NCBI GenBank assembly: GCA_965223325.1
Contig: CBDCWI010000001.1
Span: 896,001 to 960,000, forward strand
Direction: 5' to 3'
Source of the DNA: Candidatus Multivoradales bacterium
GTDB lineage: Bacteria; Acidobacteriota; Thermoanaerobaculia; Multivoradales; Multivoraceae
DNA length: 64,000 nucleotides
Part shown: piece after piece, positions 28,719 to 38,040 of the stretch
Layout of the letters: every line of letters begins with the position of its first letter
Numbering within the stretch: the first letter of the stretch is position 1
Translations under genes and position numbers: made by a program
Notes under the pieces: model-generated
Databases searched by the model: none
Seen by the model: the letters and a program-made list of their open reading frames with translations, nothing else
Told to the model about the DNA's origin: nothing

Positions 28719-30131
28719 ATGAAAACCGCCGCCCGTCGTACCTTCGTCGCCCTGGTTGCTAGCACCCTTGTCCTGCCGCTCGTCTTGAGCAGCCCTCTTA
28801 TCGCACAGCCAGAGGGTGCGGGCTCGAGCGACCAGAAAGCGCCGCCACATCGCCAGCTTCTCGACCTGAGTCTCGCGGACGCTCCCCTTCGCGTCGTACT
28901 GACGAGCTTTGCGCGCATCATGGAGCTCGAGCTCGACACCAGCGCAGCACCCGCCGACGCCCTTGCCAAGGATCTGACCGTAAGCTGGAGCCAGGTGCCA
29001 GCCGAGGACGCGCTGCGGCAGGTTCTCGAGCCACGCGGGCTCGAGGCCGAACGTACCGACACTCTCCTCGTCATTCGACCGCTCAGCAACCTACGCTTCA
29101 CCGGCGAACCTGTTTCCATGAGCCTTCGCGATGCCGAGCTGGGTGAGGTCGCCGCGTCGATGGCGAGGCTCTCAGGACTCGAGTTCGACTCGAGCCGTGT
29201 ACCGCCGGAGTTTCTCGAGAGCCCGGTCACCGCCGAACTCGATCGAGTGCCATGGGATCAGGCTCTCCATCAACTGCTCAAGGTCAGAAACCTCAGCTAC
29301 GAACGCCAGGGCGACACGGTGGTCCTCTATCCGAGCGGCAACGGGGGCTCGACCGGGTTGCAGCTGACCCCTGACCCCGAAACCGATCTCATCGATCTCG
29401 ACCTCCTGAACGCCCCGGTCGAAGAAGTCCTGCGAGGCTTCGCTGATCTCGCTGAAGCTGCCTTCGCCTTTGACCTTCCCGAGCCTCGGACCATCACCAT
29501 TCGTCTCAACCAGGTCCACTGGAGTACTGCCTTTACCGCGGTCTGCGAAAGTGTCGGATGCAACTGGGCGCTGGTCGCCGACTCCCGCGGGCACCGGCTG
29601 CTGCGCATCGCACCTGCAGCGCACGAAGGAGATGGCTACCTCGATGTCGACCTCGCTGGCGCCGCCGCCGAAACCGTGCTCGGCTCCATCGTCTCCGCAC
29701 GTGGTCTCGGGCGTGTCGGGGGCGCAGCGCTCGAGGGCGAGGTCAGCTGGCACCTCGAAGGTGTCCACTGGTCGACCCTGCTCGACGCGCTGTGTGACGC
29801 CCGCGCCTGCACCTGGACGGTGACTAACGACGAGCCTCGCTCCCTCGAGCTCACCACCCGCCAGGAGACGCGAGAGGCGAGGCCGCTCGGAGAACTCGAC
29901 ACACCCGTCGACCTGTCGCTCGCCGAGGCTCCAGTGCTCAGCGTGTTGACCGCCTTCGCATCGGTCCTCGGGGCTCGGCTGGACGGTAATGCGCCCGCCG
30001 GCACCTGGTCGGGGGAACTCGAGAGCGTGCCCGTTCAAACGGCTCTCGACGAGGTCTGCGAACAGACCAGCTGTCAATGGGAACTCCAGCTCGGCGACGC
30101 CGGGCGAGTACTCCTGGTGCACACCGACTAG
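28719..30131 (+). CDS. Secreted protein of five tandem secretin-N0/STN-like domains, no beta-barrel
   Basis: Signal peptide; five repeats of 'hxhxLxxAxhxxVLxxhA..hTxxLxxVxWxxAL', including the PilQ-like RFTGEPVSMSLRDA..VPWDQAL. Confidence 0.72.
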   Translation: MKTAARRTFVALVASTLVLPLVLSSPLIAQPEGAGSSDQKAPPHRQLLDLSLADAPLRVVLTSFARIMELELDTSAAPADALAKDLTVSWSQVPAEDALRQVLEPRGLEAERTDTLLVIRPLSNLRFTGEPVSMSLRDAELGEVAASMARLSGLEFDSSRVPPEFLESPVTAELDRVPWDQALHQLLKVRNLSYERQGDTVVLYPSGNGGSTGLQLTPDPETDLIDLDLLNAPVEEVLRGFADLAEAAFAFDLPEPRTITIRLNQVHWSTAFTAVCESVGCNWALVADSRGHRLLRIAPAAHEGDGYLDVDLAGAAAETVLGSIVSARGLGRVGGAALEGEVSWHLEGVHWSTLLDALCDARACTWTVTNDEPRSLELTTRQETREARPLGELDTPVDLSLAEAPVLSVLTAFASVLGARLDGNAPAGTWSGELESVPVQTALDEVCEQTSCQWELQLGDAGRVLLVHTD

Positions 30132-30160
30132 CCCACCGGTTGCACGACACCAAGGCTTTG

Positions 30161-31270
30161 CTAGGGCCGCACCTCGTAGTAGAGGTTGCTCGGGTCGTCG
30201 AAGTCGTGCATCTGGAAGCGCGTAAAGCCGCCCTCTTTTGTCATTCGTTCGGCGACTTCGGGATTGAAGCCCAAGGTACCGAGGCCAAGTCCATCCGGCT
30301 CGGACATCGCCGACGACATGCAGGCGCTGACCGAGAAACCGTAGAGCAATGCCAACATCGGGTTACGCAGGTTACGCTTGAACGTTGGATGGCTGCGGAT
30401 GTCCTTGATCAGCCAGGTGCCATCGTCTTTGAGAGCCTTCCTGATCGAACGGATCACGATGTCGGGTCGGGTCATGTCGTGGACGCAGTCGAAGGTGATG
30501 ACAAAGTCGTAGGTGGGCTCGCTCGGCAGATCCTCACCGCGCCGCGTAAAGACCTCGACGTTTGTGAGCCCCTCGGCCTTCATCCGCGCACGGGCGCGCT
30601 CGATGGCGTGGTTCGACGGGTCGTAACCGTGAAACGTCGACGCCGGGAACTCGCGTGCCAGTGCTTCGAGCGCAATGCCCCCACCACAACCGACATCGAC
30701 CACCGTCGCACCGGCACGCAGCTTATCGGTCACTCCGTCGAGCGCTGGCAGAATCGTCGGCACGAAGGCCAGGCGCGTCCAGGGACCGAGCATCCGCTCG
30801 GTGCGATGGGCAGCGCACGGGCCGAGCTCTTCGTAGCTCAGACCGATACCGGTCTCGAAGGCTGCCGCCAGCTTGTCGATCACACCAGGCTCGGGTGGAT
30901 AACCGAAAGCTCCGCAGGCGAAGAACAGGCTGTCACCTTCGTTGGCCAGAACTTCGGCCTGGACCGGCGTGAGTTCAAAGCGGTCGACCCCCTGGTCGTC
31001 GGTCCCGTGAAACTCCACCAGCCGAGCGGCCGCCTGACCGCGAATCCACTCGAGCACCCAACGCTCGTGCAGGCCGGTCAGCAGAGCGAGCTCGGCCGCT
31101 GTCAGCGGACCCTTACCTGCCATCGCTCGATAGAGGCCCAAGCGATCACCGAGGTGCAGCATCAGCGACACCATCTCGCCCTGTTTGTAGTTCCACACCG
31201 CGAAGGAAAACTCACGAACCGCATCGTCGTCTAGAGCGTTCTGGTTGGCGGATGTCTTGTCGTCAGTCAT
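30161..31270 (-). CDS. Class I SAM methyltransferase with N-terminal winged helix (Rv2258c-like)
   Basis: LGDRLGLYRAM, ERWVLEW, VVDVGCGGG, FDCVHDM, LGTLG, NLYYEVRP. Confidence 0.88.
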   Translation of the reverse strand: MTDDKTSANQNALDDDAVREFSFAVWNYKQGEMVSLMLHLGDRLGLYRAMAGKGPLTAAELALLTGLHERWVLEWIRGQAAARLVEFHGTDDQGVDRFELTPVQAEVLANEGDSLFFACGAFGYPPEPGVIDKLAAAFETGIGLSYEELGPCAAHRTERMLGPWTRLAFVPTILPALDGVTDKLRAGATVVDVGCGGGIALEALAREFPASTFHGYDPSNHAIERARARMKAEGLTNVEVFTRRGEDLPSEPTYDFVITFDCVHDMTRPDIVIRSIRKALKDDGTWLIKDIRSHPTFKRNLRNPMLALLYGFSVSACMSSAMSEPDGLGLGTLGFNPEVAERMTKEGGFTRFQMHDFDDPSNLYYEVRP

Positions 31271-31306
31271 CGTAGGTGTCCTTAAGCGGTCAGTGGTTCC
31301 GAATCG

Positions 31307-31990
31307 TCAGGGTGCAAAGCTCGAGCGCGCCAGTACACCCCAGTGATCGCCTTCTAAGGTTGTGACGTAGAGCGACTCGTAGGTGGCGATCGGCTGGTCC
31401 TGGTCGTCGTAGCGCGTGAAGCTGACCGCGAAATGAACCTTCGAGGGATCCGCCTGCACCACCTCTACACGATCCCAGGCGGAGTGGTGCCAGCCGAACT
31501 GCTCGGCGAACTCTTCGAAGTCGAATCCTGGCAGGTAGTCGTCGCGGGTGGGTGCGTAGCGCACTTCGCCACTCGCCAGCCGCACGTGTGGGTAGTGCAG
31601 AGTGTCGCGCCAGGCTTCGAGATCGCGGGCGTTGAACGCCGTCATGAACCGATCAAGAGCAGCGCGCGCACCGTCGAGATCGATCTCTTCCTCGTCGGCG
31701 GCTGCGTTGGCGACAGGTGTCGCTGGCTGGGCCCGCGGAGCCAACGGGCCAGTCGCCGGGGCCGATTCGGCCGCAGCGGGGCCGTCGAAGTCCTGGGTAG
31801 TGAACCACATGAGAGACACCACTCCGACAACCAGCGCCGCACCGAGCACCACGAGAACCGGCATGCCGAGAAAACCGTGGCGCGACAGTCCACGGTGCCG
31901 GGGCCTGGATGCGGAGGCGAGGCGAGAAGACAAGCGCCACTCTTCAGCTGCGGTCTGGGCGGCTTCGTTGTCGGTGGGAGGATTCATCAT
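31307..31990 (-). CDS. Membrane-anchored NTF2/SnoaL-like protein
   Basis: One TM, then FMTAFNARD..LHYPHVRL..WHHSAWD..KVH..FTRY..SLYV..WGVLARSSFAP. Confidence 0.65.
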   Translation of the reverse strand: MMNPPTDNEAAQTAAEEWRLSSRLASASRPRHRGLSRHGFLGMPVLVVLGAALVVGVVSLMWFTTQDFDGPAAAESAPATGPLAPRAQPATPVANAAADEEEIDLDGARAALDRFMTAFNARDLEAWRDTLHYPHVRLASGEVRYAPTRDDYLPGFDFEEFAEQFGWHHSAWDRVEVVQADPSKVHFAVSFTRYDDQDQPIATYESLYVTTLEGDHWGVLARSSFAP

Positions 31991-32805
31991 CAGCGTCCTT
32001 CGAATCGAGGAGGGCGTTTTTCGAGAAAGGCCTTGACGCCTTCGGCGTGGTCGGCGGTCTGAAACAGGGTGCGTAGGGTTCCTGTGACCCAGGCGCCGGT
32101 TGCGTGACCGTCACCCCAGTAGAAGCGTCGCAGACCTTCCTTGAGAAAGCGCACCGCCAATGGTGGGTTCTCGGCAATGCGCCCCGCAAGCTCGTTGGCT
32201 CTAGGCAGCAGGTCTTCATGCGCCACGACTTCTTTGACCAGGCCGATGTGTGCAGCGGTTCCTGCGTCGACGAAGTCTCCGGTGAACAAGAGCTCAGCGG
32301 CCTTCTCTGGACCGACCAGCCGCGGCAGCCTCCACAGGCCACCGAGATCGGTGATCAACCCGCGGCGTACGAAGATCTCGGAAAAGCGCGCCTTCTCTGA
32401 AGCGATGCGGAAATCGGCAAAGAGTGCGAGTTCCATGCCCCACCCGACCGCAGCCCCGTTGACCGCCGCAATCACCGGTCGATCGCACGCCAGAATCGGC
32501 AACGCGTAGGGGGTTGGCTCGGTGCGAATGTCGACCGGCCGCGCGGCCTGCTTCTCCTGCTGCGAAACCATCAGCTCTTTGACGTCTTCGCCTGAGCAGA
32601 AGGAAGGATCGCTCCCGGTCAGCACGACGACGCGGACCTGGTGGTCCGCTTGCACCGCCACGAATGCCGCAGCGAGCTCCCGATAGGCACGCAGGTTGAG
32701 CGCGTTGTGACGCTCTGGACGATCGAGCTGCACGGTTGCCACGTGGTCGCAAACGTCGTACAGGACGTGCTCGAACTCCTGCGGCGGGATGTCGAACTGG
32801 GTCAT
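31990..32805 (-). CDS. Enoyl-CoA hydratase/isomerase family protein
   Basis: [55 protein letters not shown]. Confidence 0.92.
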   Translation of the reverse strand: MTQFDIPPQEFEHVLYDVCDHVATVQLDRPERHNALNLRAYRELAAAFVAVQADHQVRVVVLTGSDPSFCSGEDVKELMVSQQEKQAARPVDIRTEPTPYALPILACDRPVIAAVNGAAVGWGMELALFADFRIASEKARFSEIFVRRGLITDLGGLWRLPRLVGPEKAAELLFTGDFVDAGTAAHIGLVKEVVAHEDLLPRANELAGRIAENPPLAVRFLKEGLRRFYWGDGHATGAWVTGTLRTLFQTADHAEGVKAFLEKRPPRFEGR

Positions 32806-33140
32806 ACGGGAACCTTCGTGTGGACATCTCGAGCAAGAGGCGATGCCTCTGCAGGACGGTTCAGGGCCGCCTTCAGACCTCGGACCCCGAGCTCGATGTC
32901 GGTGATTGGGGCTGGCAGCTTACAGCGAACGGGCGGCAGGGGCTCATCGCCCATCACCGCCGGCCACCGAGTCTGTCCAGCAGGGTCATACCAACGACAC
33001 ATTCCCCTGCTCTCATCGATAGCATGACAAGGCCAGCACCGAAGAGAGTCCCTAGACGGTCCCGAAACTCCGCTGCCGGGCGCACCTTTGCACTCCCTTC
33101 CAGGACCAACGCCAGAGCCCGAAAGAGCCACCCGACACCC

Positions 33141-34460
33141 ATGAGCAGAACCCCGAGAAGTCGATCCCGCCTGGTCATCGAAGGCGGCCGGCCACTGTCT
33201 GGCACCGTCCGACCGCGCGGCAACAAGAACGCCGCCCTGCCGCTTCTCGCCGCCTGCCTGTTGACCGACGACACCGTAGTGCTCGAGAACGTCCCGGACA
33301 TCGCCGACGTGCGCACCCTCCTGGACCTGCTGGCGGACCTGGGCGTGAGTGTCGGTCGCGGTGACGATGGGTCCATCGAGCTCGACGCCTCGGGAGTCAA
33401 CGGGCGCCAGCCCGATCCAGAACTCTGTCGCAACATCCGCGCCTCGGTGCTACTCGCCGGTGCGCTCCTGGGCCGGCGAGGTCACGTCGAGCTGCCACCG
33501 CCCGGAGGCGACGTTATCGGCCGCCGCCGGCTCGACACCCACGTGCTGGCTCTAACGGCCCTCGGTGCGCGATTCGACAGCGGCGCCGACCGGTTGACGT
33601 TCGACACAACGGGGCAGCTGGTTGGCACCGAGATCTTTCTCGACGAAGCCTCGGTGACCGGAACCGAAAACGCTCTCCTCGCCGCCGCCACCGCCTCCGG
33701 CGTCACCACGATCCTCAACGCGGCTTCGGAGCCTCACGTCCAGGATCTGTGCCGGTTGCTCAACGCGATGGGGGCGGTGATCACTGGAGTCGGCACCAAC
33801 GCCCTGGTCATTGAAGGCAAGGCCAAACTCGGCGGCGCGCGCTTTCGGCTCGGCCCGGACTATGTCGAAGTCGGTTCGCTCGCCGTCCTGGCAGCGGTGA
33901 CCGGCGGTGCGCTCACGATCACTGGCGCGCGGCCGTATGAGCACCGGGCAATGCGCCTTGCTTTCGGTCGGCTGGGCCTGGTGCTCGATGAGTCTCCCGA
34001 TGGCGAAGACCTGATCGTGCCTCCGAACCAGGAGCTGGTCGTGAGGAGCGACCTGGGTGGCGCCATCCCCAAGATCGAAGACGCGCCCTGGCCGGGCTTC
34101 CCCGCCGACCTGATCTCGATCGCGCTGGTGCTTGCCACCCAGGCCAGCGGCACCGTGCTCGTTCACCAGAAGATGTTCGAGTCACGCCTCTTCTTCGTCG
34201 ATCGCCTGATCGCGATGGGAGCGCGCATCGTCCTTTGCGACCCGCACCGCGCGGTGGTCAGCGGCCCCGCCCGGTTGTTCGGCCAGGAGATGAGCAGCCC
34301 CGACATCCGCGCTGGCATGGCGATGTTGATCGCCGCCCTTTGTGCCGAAGGCACCTCGGTGATCGACAACGTGCAGCAGATCGACCGCGGCTACGAGGCC
34401 ATCGACGAACGCTTGCGCGCTCTCGGTGCCGACATCGAGCGCCAGACAATCGTCGTCTGA
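33141..34460 (+). CDS. murA: UDP-N-acetylglucosamine 1-carboxyvinyltransferase (Asp-type active-site loop)
   Basis: [59 protein letters not shown]. Confidence 0.95.
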   Translation: MSRTPRSRSRLVIEGGRPLSGTVRPRGNKNAALPLLAACLLTDDTVVLENVPDIADVRTLLDLLADLGVSVGRGDDGSIELDASGVNGRQPDPELCRNIRASVLLAGALLGRRGHVELPPPGGDVIGRRRLDTHVLALTALGARFDSGADRLTFDTTGQLVGTEIFLDEASVTGTENALLAAATASGVTTILNAASEPHVQDLCRLLNAMGAVITGVGTNALVIEGKAKLGGARFRLGPDYVEVGSLAVLAAVTGGALTITGARPYEHRAMRLAFGRLGLVLDESPDGEDLIVPPNQELVVRSDLGGAIPKIEDAPWPGFPADLISIALVLATQASGTVLVHQKMFESRLFFVDRLIAMGARIVLCDPHRAVVSGPARLFGQEMSSPDIRAGMAMLIAALCAEGTSVIDNVQQIDRGYEAIDERLRALGADIERQTIVV

Positions 34461-34482
34461 CAACGCCTCGAGCGATCTGAGA

Positions 34483-35175
34483 GTGAGACCCAAGAAAGAT
34501 CGCGCGACGACGCGCTCTGAGATCATCGAGCAGGGCAACGTCGTCTTCACCGCCAGCCCCGAGGAGTCGAACGGTGCACGGCCTGGAGCGGCTCTCCCGC
34601 CGCCCTTCAGGGTCGCCGCCCGCACCTGCCTTCTGGTTTCCGCCACCCGTCCTCGGCTGGCGGTTCTCGGCTGGGGGCTGGGTGCGATGGGTGGCGAGAT
34701 GGCCCGACTGCGCCCAGAAGCGCACCTCCTCGGCGTCGAGCTCTCGGCCGACCTCGCGCGCCGGGCACAGAAGCATCTCCCCGACCGAGTCGAGCTGTTG
34801 CACGGCGACGCACTGTCGTTTCTCGAGCGCACCCGCCGGCGTTTCGACCTCCTGCTCGACGACTGTTTCTCTTGGCAACACGCCAAGCCGGTACGGCCGC
34901 CCGAGCTGCTCCGCCATGGAGACCTGGCGCGCCGGCGCCTGCGCCCCGGTGGCCTCTATGTGCGCAACATGCTGCCCGAGCCGCACCTGCCGCTCGCTCT
35001 CCAGACTGAGGACCTGCACAGCGCCTTCGAACACGTTGAACTGCGGCGCTTTCGAGAATGGGACAACGTGCTTGCGGTTTGCACCGAGCGCCCTCTGCCG
35101 AGCGACTGGCGCGCACTTCTTCGCACTTCCGCCTCTACGAGCGTCGGCCGCCGGCGACGATCGCCATGCGCCTGA
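34483..35175 (+). CDS. Spermidine-synthase-like SAM-dependent methyltransferase domain protein
   Basis: VLGWGLGAM, GVELS, HGDALSFL..RFDLLLDD, LRPGGLYVRN. The N-terminus looks atypical and the start is uncertain. Confidence 0.65.
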   Translation: MRPKKDRATTRSEIIEQGNVVFTASPEESNGARPGAALPPPFRVAARTCLLVSATRPRLAVLGWGLGAMGGEMARLRPEAHLLGVELSADLARRAQKHLPDRVELLHGDALSFLERTRRRFDLLLDDCFSWQHAKPVRPPELLRHGDLARRRLRPGGLYVRNMLPEPHLPLALQTEDLHSAFEHVELRRFREWDNVLAVCTERPLPSDWRALLRTSASTSVGRRRRSPCA

Positions 35176-36127
35176 AGAGCTCCATGATGTCGACCGGCGG
35201 GCGCTCGATTCCCTGCTGGCGATCAAACTCTCGGTAGAGCGTCTCGACGTTGACCGCGATGCGCTCGGCGTCACCCCACGCGTCGAAGTCACCGAGCGCG
35301 ATGTCTTGTGCCGCAGCGAGCGCATCGAGGCCGGCGGCATAGCGCTCGCGCGCCTGTTGCTCGATGAACAGAAGGTACTCGCGCACCGCCTGCGGCCCGC
35401 GATGGTCGGTGATCGGGCCGTGACCCGGCACGATGGTCTCGAGGTCCATCGCCAGCAGCTTGTCGCAGGCGGCGATCCAGTTCGACACCGGCCCCGCCCA
35501 AATGAGGGGCGTGCCATCGATAAAGAGAATGTCGCCGGTAAACACCGTCTTGTCGTCCGGAACCCAGACCATGATGTCGCCCTCGGTGTGGGCTGGTCCG
35601 ACCTCGAGCAACACGACACGCTTCTCACCCACCGTAAGCTCGAGCGACTCCTCGAAGGTGCGGTTGGGCAAGGTGTGCTGGATGCCTTCGAAGTCGAAGG
35701 CGCCAAACGCTTCGACCAGGTAGCGCGCGAGCTGGTCGTCGCCGGCGCGCGCTGTTTTCATCAGCGCGGCCAGGCGCTCGGGGGTGGCGAGCTTCATCTC
35801 ACCCGCCGCGGCGCGTGAGGAGATGATCTCGACGCCTTCCCCGGCAACCAACTCGTTGCCGTGGGTGTGGTCGCCGTTGCTATGGGTGTTGACCAGGGTC
35901 TTGATGTCGGCGGCCGCCGGCACCGAGCGCCGCATGGCGGCGAGCATGTCGCTCGTCTTGGGCACATCGAACAGCGTGTCGACGAGGAGGGCGTCTTCGC
36001 CCGAAGCGATGAGGCCGGCGTTACTCCAGCCCCAGCCCCCGTCGGGCTGCAGCCAGGCCCAGGCTCCGTTGCCGAGGTCCTGGAGGCCGCGCTCGAAGGC
36101 GAAACCACCCGCAGCCAGAAGACTCAC
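35135..36127 (-). CDS. MBL-fold metallo-hydrolase (cyclase-like)
   Basis: WGWSNAGLI, THSNGDHTHGN, GPAHTEGD, FTGDILF, VPGHG. GTG 36127 overlaps the upstream stop. Confidence 0.88.
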   Translation of the reverse strand: MSLLAAGGFAFERGLQDLGNGAWAWLQPDGGWGWSNAGLIASGEDALLVDTLFDVPKTSDMLAAMRRSVPAAADIKTLVNTHSNGDHTHGNELVAGEGVEIISSRAAAGEMKLATPERLAALMKTARAGDDQLARYLVEAFGAFDFEGIQHTLPNRTFEESLELTVGEKRVVLLEVGPAHTEGDIMVWVPDDKTVFTGDILFIDGTPLIWAGPVSNWIAACDKLLAMDLETIVPGHGPITDHRGPQAVREYLLFIEQQARERYAAGLDALAAAQDIALGDFDAWGDAERIAVNVETLYREFDRQQGIERPPVDIMELFRRMAIVAGGRRS

Positions 36128-37908
36128 GGTGTGTCCCGGCGATAGACCACCTTGCCGCCAAGCACCGTGAGATCGACCCGCGCGCTCTCGAGCGCCTCCG
36201 CGTTGCCATCGAGGATGTCGGCTGAAAGGACTGCAATGTCGGCGAGCTTGCCGGGCTCGAGTGAACCCTTCCATTCTTCTTCGAAGGCGGCCCAGGCGTT
36301 GGCGATGGTGTAGCTCCGCAACGCCTCCTCGCGTGTCATGCGCTGTGCTTCGTAGAACACCGAGCCGTCGCGCGCCTGGCGAGTGACCGAAGCGGCGAAA
36401 CTCGCCAGTGGGTCGATGTCTTCGACCGGCACGTCGGTTCCGTTGGTGACCACGGCGCCCGAATCGAGAAGCGCACGCCACATGTAGGCGCCCTCGCGAG
36501 CACGCTGGTCGCCGAGACGACGCGGAACCCAGGGTCCATCCGAGGTGGCGTGAACCCCCTGCATCGAAGCCACGACGCCGAGCTCGGCAAACCGTGGAAT
36601 GTCGCTCGGGTCGAGGTGCTGGGCGTGCTCGACGCGCCAGCGCAAGTCGCTTCCGTCGCCGGCCTTTAGGTAGGCAGCTTCGTAGATGTCGAGAACGGTG
36701 CGATTGGCGCGGTCACCGATGGCGTGAGTGCAAAGCTGGTAGCCGTGTTCGAGGGCCAGTTCGGCCGTGGCTCTGATTTCTTCTTCGGGCTCGATGACCA
36801 GGCCGGTGGTGTCGGGCATGTCGGTGTAGGGCTCGAGCAACCAGGCACCGTGCGAACCAAGGGCGCCGTCCATCGCCTTCTTGATGGCGTGCACCGCCAG
36901 GTAGTCGTCGCCCTCGGAAACCGAGCGCATGGCGGCCAGGCGATCTGCCATCTCCGCCTCCGGTTCGCGCACCATGACCCACAGACGCAACGGTAGAGCT
37001 CCCTCCTCCTCCATCGAATAGAAGAGCTCGATCTCTTCGAAGGAAGAGCCAGCGTCCTGGAAGCTGGTGATGCCATGGGCAAGGGCGCGCTGGCCTGCAA
37101 GCTCGACGTAGCGCCGCATCTCTTGTTCACGCTCCTCGTCGGTCATCGACTCGCGTGAGGCCGCCATGACACGCCCGGGCAGCCGCTGAGCGGTCTCACG
37201 GAGGAGCCCGGTGGCGTCGCCATTCAGGTCGCGCACGATGGTGCCGCCCGGCGGGTCGGCCGTCGCTCGATCGATTCCCGCCGCTTCTAAGGCGCTTTCG
37301 TTGGCGAAACCGGCATGACCGCTGCGATGGGTCAAGAGAACCGGATTCTCTGGCGAAACCGCGGACAGCGCCTCGTGCACCGGGTTACCTTCCACCGCGT
37401 CGTCCGGCAGCGCGTCCCACATCTCCTGATGCCAACCGCGGCCTGCGATCCACTCGCCAGGGGTAGCATTCTCCGCTGCCACGCGCACCTGCTCGACGAT
37501 GTCATCCCAAGACCGGGCGGTGGTTAGATCCAGAACCGAGAGGGCGTAGCCAAGGCCTGTGAAGTGACCATGGCCCTCGATGAATCCCGGAATGGCGAGG
37601 CGCCCATCGAGCTCGATGACTTCGGTGTCCTCACCGATGTAGCCCTCGACCGAGACGTTCGAGCCCAACGCCAGAATGCGAGCGTCTTTGGCCGCCAGCG
37701 CCTCGACGATCGAGAAACCCTTGTCGACTGTCGCGATGCGGCCGCCGCGCAGGACCAGGTCTGCCGGTTCGGCAAGTGCACCTTCGGGCGCTTCGCTGGC
37801 GCAGCCCGCCGCGACGACACCAACAAGGGTGGCGGCAAGAACCAGGAGAAGTCGGGGACGAGCGGCCGTAGGGCGACGGTTGCGGTTCGAGAAACGGTGA
37901 AGCGACAT
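36124..37908 (-). CDS. Amidohydrolase 3 family (YtcJ-like) lipoprotein
   Basis: Lipobox VAAG-C, PGFIEGHGH, DGALGSHGA, THAIGDRAN, RVEHAQH, GTDVPVE, GSLEPGKLAD. Confidence 0.92.
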   Translation of the reverse strand: MSLHRFSNRNRRPTAARPRLLLVLAATLVGVVAAGCASEAPEGALAEPADLVLRGGRIATVDKGFSIVEALAAKDARILALGSNVSVEGYIGEDTEVIELDGRLAIPGFIEGHGHFTGLGYALSVLDLTTARSWDDIVEQVRVAAENATPGEWIAGRGWHQEMWDALPDDAVEGNPVHEALSAVSPENPVLLTHRSGHAGFANESALEAAGIDRATADPPGGTIVRDLNGDATGLLRETAQRLPGRVMAASRESMTDEEREQEMRRYVELAGQRALAHGITSFQDAGSSFEEIELFYSMEEEGALPLRLWVMVREPEAEMADRLAAMRSVSEGDDYLAVHAIKKAMDGALGSHGAWLLEPYTDMPDTTGLVIEPEEEIRATAELALEHGYQLCTHAIGDRANRTVLDIYEAAYLKAGDGSDLRWRVEHAQHLDPSDIPRFAELGVVASMQGVHATSDGPWVPRRLGDQRAREGAYMWRALLDSGAVVTNGTDVPVEDIDPLASFAASVTRQARDGSVFYEAQRMTREEALRSYTIANAWAAFEEEWKGSLEPGKLADIAVLSADILDGNAEALESARVDLTVLGGKVVYRRDTP

Positions 37909-38040
37909 GCGAGGCTCCTTGGGACGCACCGCCCCTGGGCGGGCGACACTGAGATCTGAGGTGGAACAGGCGCCACGTTACACCGTCCGCTGACCTGCGC
38001 CACGGAGGCGGCGCCGGGCGCGGAACCGGGAGGGTGGCGC

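Noticed and set aside
32802-33131. 109-aa ORF whose stop overlaps the enoyl-CoA hydratase start
   Set aside because: No recognisable motif, and it occupies the divergent promoter region shared with murA.
32736-33140. Long N-terminal extension of MurA; similar extensions on the RND, MBL, YheT, rbsB and esterase ORFs
   Set aside because: These come from the ORF caller taking the first start in stop-poor GC-rich DNA; family homology begins at downstream starts.
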